Positions 11,803-23,775 of a DNA stretch of 64,000 bases are shown one piece after another; positions within the stretch are counted from its first letter, which is position 1; the number at the start of each line of letters is the position of its first letter. The stretch lies in assembly GCA_046563655.1 (NCBI GenBank), contig CM102287.1:9052001-9116000 (forward strand), given 5' to 3'. The position numbers and the translations under genes were made by a program. This stretch comes from Yuukianura sp. NJ FZ-2021. Taxonomy: Eukaryota. The notes under the pieces were generated by a model. It made no database searches and had not been told where the DNA came from. It worked only from the letters and a program-made list of their open reading frames with translations.

Positions 11803-14619
11803 AACTTCAAGAGTAGTGGTCCTAGTGCGATCGGTAGTCCTTTTCCGCTAAGGCGGACGCAAAACGATAACCATTAACTTGCTAAACTTTCAAATTGTCA
11901 ATCGAAACCCGCAAAAGCTAATCGAATTTTACAAATTTGAAATGATAAGAAACGAAGTGGTTTAAGGCTAGTCTACCAAAAACATACTTCCACTCGTATC
12001 GCATATCCGTTTCCAGTGAATTACGGCTGGGCAGAACTCTGAAATCTATTTGGAATTCGGTAAAATAATCGTTTCAGCGTTTCGTTTACTCACTGATGAT
12101 TAATTAGTGCTTTAATATATTATTATTGTAATTCTCAAGCGTAAGTGATGAATACGCAAAATTTTAATTGTTGCTATCAACAACTAAAATTAGTAATCAA
12201 CAAAATTCTAGAGGCACTTCTTTGACTGGCCCCTTCAATTCTTTGTTGTCTCGGTACGTAATTCGAAATTCCTTTTTTGGTTTTAGATCTAACGATTGAG
12301 GAAATCGTCCGTAGCGTTTTAAAAGTTTAATTGCTTCTACAACTTCTGAATTTTCGTCCAAGTTTTGTTCAATTTCGGATATCGAATGTATAGGAGTAGC
12401 AAGTTCAACGCGGGCACGAAAAGCGGAGTTGTAATCTGACTGCTGCATGAAACAAAATGAGTCAAAAATTCAAAAACTTTTCAAAATTTTAAAATGGTTC
12501 AAAATGGATTTACTCATGGATTCTTACCTTGAGCAAGTAGGACAAGTCTAATTTTGTAAAGTTGACAAGTTTGTCGTTGAGTTTGATAAATTTGAGATGC
12601 GATTCGAAGTACATGCCGCTGGTAGTAAAAAAAAAACGTTCAGAATTTGTTTATAAGTTTTTGTTTAAAATTTTGAATTTTGAAATTTTTTGAAATCTCG
12701 CTCACTTGCTGGCTCCCGATTTTCCAAACGTATACGTCCGTGAAATTTCTGGACGGATACATGCTCGATCTTTTCGTTGATCCGGTTCTCTCATCCAGCT
12801 ATCCCAGAATCTTCAAAAATCCAAATTTTGAATTCAATTTTTGAATTCAAATTTTTAATTCAATTTCAAAATCTTATTGCTTACCTAATTGGCCATTTTG
12901 GACCCAGTTCCTCCCAAATGTTTTTCGTCATCATCCAGCCAAGTCCTGGAAAAAAGTCTGTTCGATGCAGCATCTCTGAAGCGTTGACGTCAATTCGTTC
13001 TGGTCGTCCGTTGTCGTTCCACGCAGAAACGCACCAGAGAGATTCGTCTTTTTTGAGTAACGGTAAAGTAGCTGCGAAGTATTCGTAAAAATCAGGAGCC
13101 ACTTCAAGGTCATCTGAAACGTAAACATCACAATTTCACAACTTTGAATATTTGTTTAAAAAATTGAAATTTTGCGTCTATGTACTGTGTACCTTCTACA
13201 ATTATGACAGTAGAGTAGCCAAAGACATTGAAAACGTGATCAAGAGCCCAGCCGTAGTGACGTGCAATGTAGTAGTAACCGGAGATGTGTTTGTGACCAG
13301 ATTGTACGTCAATTTGTGATTGATCTGGTTGCTAAAATTTCAAAATCAAAGACGAAATTTTGAGTTTTTGAAATTTTTCAAAAATTTGTCCACTTATTAC
13401 GTAAATATGTATGATTTTTGGTTCGTAGGGGGCAATAGCTTCAGTTGTTTGATCATGATGCCCGCAGTCCTGTGACACGATAATTGGAAACTGCGTACTG
13501 GATGGTCGATACTCCAAAAGTTTGTCCAAGCATTTTGTCACCGTTGGACGATTACAAACCAAAACCAAAACAGCTATGAAAAGAAAAGTGTTGAATTTTA
13601 AAATTTAGATTTTTTGGAAAAAAGTTAAATTTCGTGACCCCTGACACTTTACCTATTACTGACTGCATGATTTCCCGGTGAGAGATTTGTTGCGTCTGTG
13701 CGTCCTCGGAGAGTTTTTCGGTGACCTTGACCTGATCGTCGTTACTTGCTTCATCCTTTCTCAAAATTGATTGGAATTCGAACAGTGAACTTTTGACCTC
13801 TTCGATAGTGGTTGACAGTTGCTCGAATAGAGAGAAGTAGCGATCCAGTGAACTGTTGATTTTCACAAGCATAATTGACTCTTGTATAGACCGGGGGTCC
13901 GGCACCGGTAGAGACGTTGATGCTTCTCGTATTTGCAGATTCTAAATTTAAAAAAAATATGCAACACAATATAAAAATTATGAAAAAAATTCATTTTTAA
14001 TTTTTTTTTTTTTTTTTTGCTTTTGTGATTTTGCTTTACCAGTTCTGAAGACTCTTCCACTGCAAAAAGTGCTTTGCGATGAACTTGGAGCATCAAGAAG
14101 AAAACTCCGGCGGAGAGACAAATCAAAACAAAATGGTGCCTATGGCACACTTTTCTCATTTTAGTCAACTTGACCTCACTTTTGCATTAGTCCAACCTCA
14201 CTGAGAGGAAAAACAATAAAGTTCATGTCAATTTAAAAAAAAAGTGATAGGATATGGCCTAATATGGCATTAAAAATTTAGAGGAAAGTTTAAAATATGT
14301 CGTGAATAGTAGTCGATCAAATGTTGGTCAATAGAGTAGACAGGTTTTCGATAATCCAAGGACTTCTTTTCCAACATTTCGTGTCAAGCGTGTCCTTTTT
14401 ATGATCAAGGTTGCGTTATAACCTTGTTGCATGTCTAATTTGTTCAAACTTTTGCTCAAATTTATGTCCTTGAAATAATGAAACTTAAAAAAAAGAAGCA
14501 AGTTGAACCTTTTACATCGAAAGTGTTTCTAGTCACAGAATTTCAGTGCAGTTTTTAGATTTAGTAGAATTTATAGCTTTTAGTTAAATTAATTACTCTA
14601 AACTAAAATATTTTAAATT

Positions 14620-16171
14620 TTAAGCTCGTGGCAGTATTTTCCCGCCTCCAAGTCCCCCACGGTTGTAACCGAATGCATTGACCAGAAGTTGTCTAATGAC
14701 GCTTATCGTTCTCTGCACATCCCGTTCCGTGCCGAGTTTCGGATTGACTTCGACAAAGTCCATGGACACCATGAGTCCACTGCGGTGCACTTCTTCCAGA
14801 ATGGTGTTGGCTTCTCTCAAGGTCAGCCCGCCAGGAACTAAACAAGAACAATTTTTTAAAAGTTTAAAATTTCAAAGTTCTAAAATTTTAAAAACTAAGT
14901 TTTAAAAAAGTTTGCAGCACCAGCAGTTCCAGTCGAGACTACTTCAATGTCATCCAATGAGTCAATGTCAAAACTCAAATGAACTGGACGGATTCCCCCG
15001 GGGGAAATTTTGTCCAGAGCCATTCTCGTTGCCGTTCTAACTCCAAGTTGATCTACTTCTCTCATACTGTAAGCCATGATGTCCAAAGTGTCAATTGCAG
15101 TTCGGTTGTACTGGCCTAAGTACCTAGTTTAGAAAACAAAATTTAGAAAAACCAAGTTTTCATCAAAAATTTTGAAACTTTTTTAAGCGTACCGTTCACC
15201 AAAATCGACATCGCGTAGACCAATATAGGCTAGATTTCTGGCGCTGATTGTTGGTGTGAACCAATCAAATTCTGGGAATTTGTGCATGTATGGTTGGAGT
15301 TCTTTGAGGATGAAAGATGCTGGCATTCCGTGCATGTTGCCAGTCAAGGTTGTCGCAGAAGTGTTGATGTCTGCGTGAGCATCGACCCACAAAACGGCTA
15401 AATCTTGATGTACTTGTGATGCTCCATGAATTGATCCAATTGTAATTGAATGGTCGCCGCCAAGCGTCAGGCTTGTTCTGCCATCACGAAGGATTTTACT
15501 CACAGATTCTGAAATCTAAAAAAAACACGAAAGCTTTGTAAATAAAAGTTAAATCAAATATTTTTTGAAATTTTTAAAATTTGAAATGTACTCGGTTTAC
15601 CTTTTTATTTGCGTAGGACACTTCTTTTAAATTTTTCAGTTTTTGTACTTTGCGTTCAGCATGTGAATCTTCTGAAAGCGTCGGTGGAATTGAATCCATG
15701 GATCTCTTGGGTAGACCAAAGTCAATGTCACCATAATCCTTGACGTCAAGTCCCACTAAATTTTCAAAATTTGAATTCAAAAACAAGGAAATCATAATTT
15801 TTGCAAGGTACACAGCACTTTTTATGTCGTTTTCAGGATTTCAACTTACAAGCTTTTGTCAAAACGGCAATAAATCCGGACTCTCTGCATGTTCTTGGTC
15901 CTTCTTCGACTCCAGGTTTTGGCTACATTTGAAAATTCAAAAATTTTAAATTTTAAAACGTTCTAACTTTGAAATTTTGGTTAGCACAGCAGAATTTTCA
16001 AAAAAAGTTTACCTGCCCTCTGTCAAGCGGAGCTCCAACGACACCAATTTTTGCTCTCGTTTCATGATTACTGAACCGCTGCGGTACTTTTGTGGAAAAT
16101 TTTTTCACACTTTGATTATTGTGAAAAAATTTGAGCAGCTTGGTTCCGTAAATTTTTCCAACCAAGGACAT
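14620..16171 (-). CDS. Arg: Arginase, possibly with a mitochondrial transit peptide
   Basis: GAPLDRGQ, LGGDHS, WVDAHADINT, GNMHGMP, YIGLRDVD, SFDIDSLD, DFVEVNP across multiple exons. Confidence 0.95.
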
Positions 16172-16956
16172 TTTGTAAAACAAAAGTCACTTGAAACTGA
16201 ACCTGAAATAGCTCTAGATGCTAAGTTTTAGTTAATGACGATTTTCGAGCTGATTAACTTTTGCATTTAAAGCAAATCCACAAGGGGATGAAGGCTAGGT
16301 TATGTGACACAGCATCATTATACTTTTTGCATAGTACTTGAAAGAGATCGATTAGATTGCAATAAAGTGGCGATTTTCACACCTTGGAGTGTGGATTAAT
16401 TAGTAAAGTGTCAACAGGTCGTAGTTGGAACAGCGTACTAAAAAAATAAGGTTTTAGATTGTGATACCACGCTGGAGGAATGAGCTGTTGTGCTAACTTT
16501 TTCAATTGTAACGCATAGTAAATAATAATCTTATTCATATATCTTATACTAATCTTATTAAAATAAGGTAAATTAAATACAAATTGCTTTGGACTAGGAT
16601 ATTAAATTAGTATATCTCTTCAGAGGTTAGGCTAACCTAGTTAAAGCTAGTAATATCGCAAGAAAAGAGAAAAGTTTAACAAGAGTGCAAAATCAAGTAT
16701 GACCTTGACCTTACGAACAGCGAAATGTAACATGAATCACCGGATTGAAACTGGAATGACATGTACGCACTAAAATTTGTAACAACGTTAAGTCAAAGTC
16801 ACTGATTCAAAAGTCATGGAAAATTGGGCTTTTCAAGAGGAAAACTGAAAAGTGAAGGATTTAGCAGGGTTCGATAGGAAAAGCATCAGGTTTGGAAGGA
16901 ACTGAAAAAAAATTACGCAAGTTGCAAGTTCACGTGACGAAGTTCGTGAAGTAACT

Positions 16957-19048
16957 TCAGCTCTTGTATCCTGGCCATTTGGCGTTGGGTTGCAAATAAA
17001 CTCTATGGTTAGACAACATTGTGGACACAATTCCGAGGTAGGCTGTACGAGGAACGCCGGCCTGAAGTGACAAACAACTTGAAATTAGTCAGGAAAATTA
17101 CTTTTACAAAGTGTATGAGGTTTTGAATTGCTTGAACTTACTCTAAGATCGTCCATGATTTGTAGTTGTTTGGCTAGTTTGTAAAATTGAGCATCGTTTC
17201 CATACTGGAGTCTGTACTCCTTCTTTTCTCCGTCATCAGACGTAGGCAAGTCGTTGATTGAACGGAGCAATGTCGCTGAATTGACGTGAGCCAGGAATTG
17301 CTTGTCATAGTTTTCCTGTAAGAATTTTACAATTTCAGTCTACTATTGAAGAACTTCGACAATTTTTTAGTTTGCACTTACTTTGATTAAATATGACAAA
17401 TCCTTAGAGGTAAACGGCACAGACTTGTCATTGAGCTTGATGAATTTCAGATGTGACTGATAGTAAGTTCCGCTGAATGAAAAGCCAATAATGTTATTTT
17501 GCAAGGCAGAGATTATTTGCAAATTCTAAAATTGTGGAACCGACTTACCGGCTGACTCCAACTTTCCCAAAAGTACTCGTTCGGGAAATCTCGGGTCGTA
17601 TACATGCCCTACCCTGTCGCTGCTCTGGTTCTCTCATCCAATCGTCCCAAAAACTGCAAACCATAATGCAAAATGTACAGATATTATACAGACATAAGCG
17701 GAAATGATATCGGAGCTAACCCTGGTGGCCACTTTGGACCGAGCTCCTGCCACAACTCCTTAGTAAGCATCCATCCCAGTCCAGGGAAAAAGTCAGTTCG
17801 GTAGAGCAAGTCTGGGGCACCAAGGTCGATTCGATTTGCTTTTCCATTGTCGTTCCAGGCAGAAACGCACCAGAGAGACGGATCTTTCCGGAGCACCGGA
17901 AGAGTGGCGGAAAAATATTCAAAAAAATCTGGAGCCACTTCAATGTCATCTGGAAATAATATATTGTTGTCCACAAGAAAATCACGGGTTAGTTTTAGGT
18001 GCTTCTTGTCTTTCACTGAATGAATTTCTAACAGGAAGGAAGGGACGTTGGTTTACCTTCGACAATCACGACAGTTGAGTAATTGAGCTTGTTGAAGGCA
18101 TAGTTGAGAGCCCAACCATAGTGTCGTGCTATTTTGTAGTAACCTTCGTACTGCAAATGATCTTGTTCCACTTGAATATGAGACAGATCCGGTTGCTAAA
18201 AGTAGCAAGCAAAAATCTATCATCAAATGCTGGAACTGTTAGTTGAAGTTGTAATGCATAGTTCTTACGAAGATATGAGTCAACTCAGATTCATAAGGCT
18301 TGAGGGCCTCCATCGTTTTGGCATGTTGGCCGCAATCTTGAGTAAGAATAATTGGAAATTTTTGTTTTGAAGGCCGATACTGGAGGAGTTTATCCAAACA
18401 TCTTGTAACAGTAGGTCGATTGCAAACAAAAACTAGGACGGCTGAAGGAGAGAAGTTTAATAGTCAGGAGCTATAAGTTTGAGTTAATTGATTGATGACT
18501 TCCTTGAGCGTAACAAACCTATCACTGACTCTTTACTTTGGTCCTCCATTACTTCGTGAGCACCATTTTCATCTTCTTCGGCTGGAACTGCAACATGTCC
18601 CTTGTCCAATTCTTGGTCACCCTCACTATGTACCTCGCCGATGTGAGTTTCTTGTTCCAAAACATGGCGGAGCTCCGCGAATCTTTCGCGGTCATTTTGA
18701 ATTTTCTTGCGTAGTTCCTCTTCCAGAGTGGAATTGGAAGCTTTATTGGCGTCTTTGAGCTTTTTTAATAAAATGCTCGAGTCATGAACCTGAGACTCAA
18801 TTTCATTCTCAATTGCTGTCATTCTATGATTCAGCTCTTCATAGTTAGGTTTCTAGAAATCAAACAAATTGAGTAATTTTTGTACTACATTCTTTCTTGA
18901 CTCGTTTATATAAAAACGTTATTCTTACCGGTATCCGGGTATCTCCTTGGCCAAGAGGTGACATTCGATTATGTAGGACAAACATAAGGAAGAGAAGACC
19001 TCCGAACACGCAAACCAGGAAAAAGTACTGTCTGTTGACCCGCCTCAT
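16957..19048 (-). CDS. MGAT1: GnT-I / MGAT1 paralogue B, intact
   Basis: TM N-terminus, stem, [56 protein letters not shown]...WPGYKS*. Confidence 0.95.
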
Positions 19049-20260
19049 TGTTAATTAGTGATTCAGAAATTGGACTGGACGCCACGTGGTTTTCAGCATT
19101 AGCAGTATCGGTTACAGGCATCCACCCATGCCTAACCCCCTTCCATAAAGTAAAACCAAAATATTAGTTTCAATCCTTTGATTATTAGCTTTAAGCTTGA
19201 ATAGGTTAAAACCAAATTGAACGTGTTATTATTAACAAGCCGACTTCCGGGTTACGAAAGTTAATACCTTTGACTTTTGTGAACAACTAAAGAAGATGTT
19301 CAGTTGGATCAGTTGGATCAGCTCAATCAGCTGAATGAATACAAAATTTGAATAAATTTCGGTAAATTTACAATGATGGAAGGAAATAACGAACGACGAA
19401 GTGAAAGAAGCAGATCATGCACTGGGAGGAGACTGATGTGAAGTGAATATGTACTTGTCTTGTCGCTTAATTAATCACATCAAAAATTAACGCACTTTAA
19501 TTGAATTAACTGATCACAAATTATTGACTTTTTCCACCTTATGCCTTTTGCTTATTGTTGTGCACGAAACATTTGGTCAATTGCCAATCTTACAAATTCC
19601 AAAACTTAAATGGCAATAACAAAACTACGTTGCACATTTTCCTTCAACTTCATTTTATTAAGTTTTTAAATAGTAGCAGTACTTTGAAAGGCTTCGCAAT
19701 TAAACTGAAACACAAAAAAAAACCTGAAACCGAAATAAAAAATAACACCTATTATTGAAGTTAATTGATAGTTTAATTGAAGTTAGTTTATAGTTCACTT
19801 CTAATTGGAATGAATTTTCTTTTGTGTTTCTTTGTTTCTATCTGTACAGCAACTGCCAATTGCAACAATACACCACTTCAATGGCAATTGCATTTGCCAG
19901 AGCAAGCTAAGTTCCTTTGCTTTTTTTTCTTCGATTTATTTTCAGTTATTTTCAGCGTTTTGTTTTTGTGGGTGGCGTTGATTCATATAATGCATTTTTT
20001 AGTGTATTAATTTTTTACTATTTATAAAAAAATTACACAAAAATTCAATCCTGTGTTATACATTCATCTTTGCTGTTCTTCAGTTGTTTCATAAAATTAA
20101 CACAAAGTCGTAAAGGTCAAAGGTCAAACTGGATTTTTCATTTCAAAATTTTGAACATCGCGGTAGTGCCAACGCCAACCAAACCACCCATTGAATTTTT
20201 GATTTGATGCTTGACATTAAAGTTTTCACAAGTGCAGAAGTGTATGATGTGAGGAATTGC

Positions 20261-22308
20261 TCAGATACTGAATCTCCGGAATCCACGGGTCTCTCCAACG
20301 ACGACTTCATGGTGGAATTTTTTGAGCATGCGCATATAATCATCCTGGTCCTACAAGTGACAGAAGTTTTTAGACTTCCCGTTTTATGTAGTACGAAAAT
20401 TAACAACAATAATGTAAAACTTACGTCTGGATCAATTGAGTTTCCAGGAGTGAATTTCACATGTAGTTTTTGCAGTGGAAGCATACATTCGGGACGAGCC
20501 ATGAACGCCAGTGCACCCAACTGAGTAGCCAGCGACAGCGTGATTTTCAAAACTTGCAAACCTTTTTCAAAATTTTAGAATATCATAATTTTAGAAAAAC
20601 AAAGTTTCAAAACATTCAAGGTCACATCCAAGACTAACTTCTGAGATTGCCCAATGATGGAAGTTTCCTGCTTGTGTTCCACTCTGTATCTCGCTCCTCC
20701 CGGACAATTGGCTCCCTTGGCTGAGAGTGACAAACAAATGTAATTAAGATTAATTGAATATTTAACTAATTGTCTTTTCTGATTTGCTGTTTAGTTGACT
20801 TTACCCGACGATTACACAGTTTCAAAATGGCTCGTTTGGGCAGTCGGAAGCGTTTTCCAGCAAAAGTTTTCCAGAAAGCATTTCCACCACGATGCTTCAG
20901 GGTGAAGCTGGTGTTGAGAACAAGAATTTCCAGGTTGACCAAGTAATTCAAAACGTAGTCGACTCGTTTCAAATTCATGAAACTACTGTCATGAAGTTCC
21001 AGTCTTTTCAAATTTGGAAAATGAATGTGAATTGTATTTGTAGACTCTGCGTCTTCCACTTGTGAGACATTGAAGATGTCAAAGTTCAGAATAAGCGACT
21101 TGACCGACGGCAGTGTATTTGATGAGCCAAGAAATTCCTGGTACACATTATGTCCTGAAATTGCCAGCGTGTCCAAATTTGGAAATTGGTTCGGCATGAG
21201 AGTCTGGATAGCACTTTGGCGGAAACTAAACCCACTAAAAACTTCGAGCATTTTCAAATTCGGAAGTTCTGGAAGTTGTAGAGGATGACGAACATCTTCT
21301 CCCGCAGTGATGATGCTCAAGTCTCGGAGCGACGAAGCCTGGAACTTGAGGAATTTTGAAAGTCGCTGCAGAAGATCTCTATCAGTTTGATTGTCAAATT
21401 GTAGCACAAAGAAGAAACTGCGCAGTCGGTTGTACTTTACTCTCATGAGAGTTTCAAGTGAATGGATATCTTGTTGCAGCATCAGGCGAGTGCGCAATCG
21501 CAGAAACGGTGGATTCGGTCTATCCAGAACTTGAACAAGACGTGGCCAAAAGAGAGCGTTGTACTCCCAGACATTGTTCCAATAGAAATTGAATACTTCC
21601 AGCAAATGAAGTTTCGGAGCTCTGGAAACGATAGTTGACACGATGTCACTGGTCAACTGGAATCCATTTGAGTAGTAATGGGCCTTCAATACTCGAAGAT
21701 TTCGAAACTCTTCTGGAAATTCTTCCAACTTTGAATTCTCAACGGGAATGTCCCGGCTGGAGCGGATTAAAATCGTCTGGAGTTGAGTGGATCCTTTTTT
21801 CAATACTGCCAGTATTTTGGAACAGAATTGGCCAGAAGCAATTTGTTGGTCCAGGATTTCTGGAGCCAGATGCTCATTAAATTCTGAGTCCAAATAATGG
21901 AACTTGAATTCAAGTAGGTCAGATGAACTGCTGGAGGCGAACTGCTCAACGCTTTGGAGTGAAGTCGACGCAAGGGCCAAGTTGAAGCAGCAGAATCCAG
22001 GAAGTTCCTGATTGGTGCGATTGGACATGACATTGAGAAAGGCTGAAATGTCGCCGTCAGTTTCAAAATGAGTCGTTGGACGGTGGCCATTTTGCTTCAT
22101 GAACAAAAGGACAGCATAGTTGGTGGCTTGGTTAACAAATCTCAGTCTTTTCAGGTGTTCATGATTCAAAAAGAGACAAATGTTGCTCACGACCTGAAAA
22201 AATTACTTGCATTAATCGTGATTCTAAATTAACTTAAGTGTAACATCTCACCACATGCGTATTGAACACAATATTTCCGGGATTCTGACGCAAGGGATTA
22301 GTATTCAT
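20261..22308 (-). CDS. F-box-like / LRR-like protein (lineage-expanded family)
   Basis: N-terminal VFNTHVVVSNICLFLNHEHLKRLRFVN resembles an F-box; LPNLKMLEV, FPNLDTLAI, FPNLKRLEL, LVNLEILVL repeats; 5 exons join in frame. Confidence 0.7.
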
Positions 22309-22805
22309 TTTGTCCAGAGTGATTGATCTTACGGAAGTTTGGATGAGGAAGATAATGATGAGATTGATGATCAAAACGGATTTGCCCAACGCCTGATTTT
22401 TTTTCGGCGCAAAAATTCAAACAGCAAAAATATAAACATGGTGCGAACTTTTTCCAATAGACTATCACTATGGTTACAACGTTGATTTCCAAAAGTGTAC
22501 ATTTTTTATTTCGAGCAACACACGATTACATATACTAATTGAAATTTCATAATTTCGTTACACTCCATGAAATTCTGAGGTCAGTCTGAGCCTGAGGTCA
22601 TTTATCCAACTCTTAACGTGTTTTGATTGATAAAATATTTACGTTATTAGCAATTACATTTTATCAGGATTTCGCAATTTGGAACTTGATTCGGGAAACA
22701 ACATTTCATGGAAGCTAAAATTTTTAATTTTTTTTTAATTCGTACTAGTACAAAATTGATGGAAAATAATTTACAGAATTTTATTAACAGATCCGTATCG
22801 ACTTT

Positions 22806-23775
22806 TTAATAAATTCCAATGTCCGCACATCCTCTGAACACTTCTTGTTGGCCACACCCAATCGCTCCCGAACCATCTTCACATGTTCCCCAGTTGTTTC
22901 CTGAAATGGACACAAAGTAGTAAAGGTCAAAGGTCAACACTGGATTTTGATTTCAAAATTTTGAACCATACCTGCACGGTAGTGCCATTGCAGAACACAT
23001 TGTGTGCATGTGACCCCCTGGGGCAATTTGACCTTGAAGTTGTAGTTGTTGACTTTATCAAAGACGCGAACCTTTGTAGTTCCTGGGTTAGCTGGGTTAA
23101 CAACTTCCAGCAAATGCTTGTCTAAGCAACTTTGATCTTCTGGAATTCCAGGATTGTTGTGCTCACAAAGCCGGAATTCAAAATGGCCCCTGAGAAAATT
23201 TAAAAAAAAATTTCAAGAATCATGTTCAAAATTTAAAAAAGTAAGTCAGGGAGGACTTTTTCGAAAGAATTTTGTACTTACAAATGATTTGCTGTGAGTT
23301 CAATCCAGATATCAATTTCCTAATAAAAAAAAATTCAAAATTTAACATTTTTTTTAAAAACTTGTTTGAACTTTGACCCGTACCTGTCCGGAAGTGTAGT
23401 TGGCTACAATAATTCGCTTGTCAAATTCACCGCCGCCTTCGTTTGGTCGTGGTCTTGGAGTAGCCCAGTTATCACCGCATTCTCCGCATTTCCCTCCATT
23501 TTGTTCATATTGAACCTACAAAATGAAAACGTTTAGTTTCAAAATTTAAACGAACTTTTTTGGAAAAAGCGTTTTACAAACTTTTCGAAACGTACCGCTT
23601 GACCTCCGCAGTTGAGTTCATTGTCATTGTAGTTTGGAATTGGATGCTGATCGGCAAATTCCGGTTCGCGCCAAATCGTTCCACGAGCTGGTGGCGTCCT
23701 TAGGCGTCCGTGACCTTTGACCTCAAAAATCACAGCCAAAACTACAAAACTGATCAGTGCAAGGCGGAGGGCCAT
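22806..23775 (-). CDS. Secreted lytic polysaccharide monooxygenase, AA15-type
   Basis: Signal peptide ending VKG then His1 HGRLRTPPARG; NELNCGG, KCGECGD, ANHLGHFEFRLC, CVLQWHYRAGNNWG, QEVFRGCADI. Confidence 0.92.

Larger units (their letters stand above)
9127..12236 (-). mobile_element. Full-length DNA transposon, Sola1-like
   Basis: 28-bp perfect TIRs GAAGGGGCCAGTCAAAGAAGTGCCTCTA (9127-9154, 12209-12236); 4-bp TSD AATT (9123-9126, 12237-12240); contains a transposase gene. Confidence 0.85.
8121..14159 (-). pseudogene. MGAT1: Alpha-1,3-mannosyl-glycoprotein beta-1,2-N-acetylglucosaminyltransferase (GT13) paralogue A, disrupted by a transposon
   Basis: Type II TM N-terminus, [41 protein letters not shown]; penultimate exon split at 12237/9122; last exon 8222-8121 NGVPRMGYFGVV...*. 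Confidence 0.9.

Noticed and set aside
20143..20559. 138-aa ORF as a separate gene
   Set aside because: Reads through an intron of the F-box/LRR gene's final exons; spliced stop is at 20261
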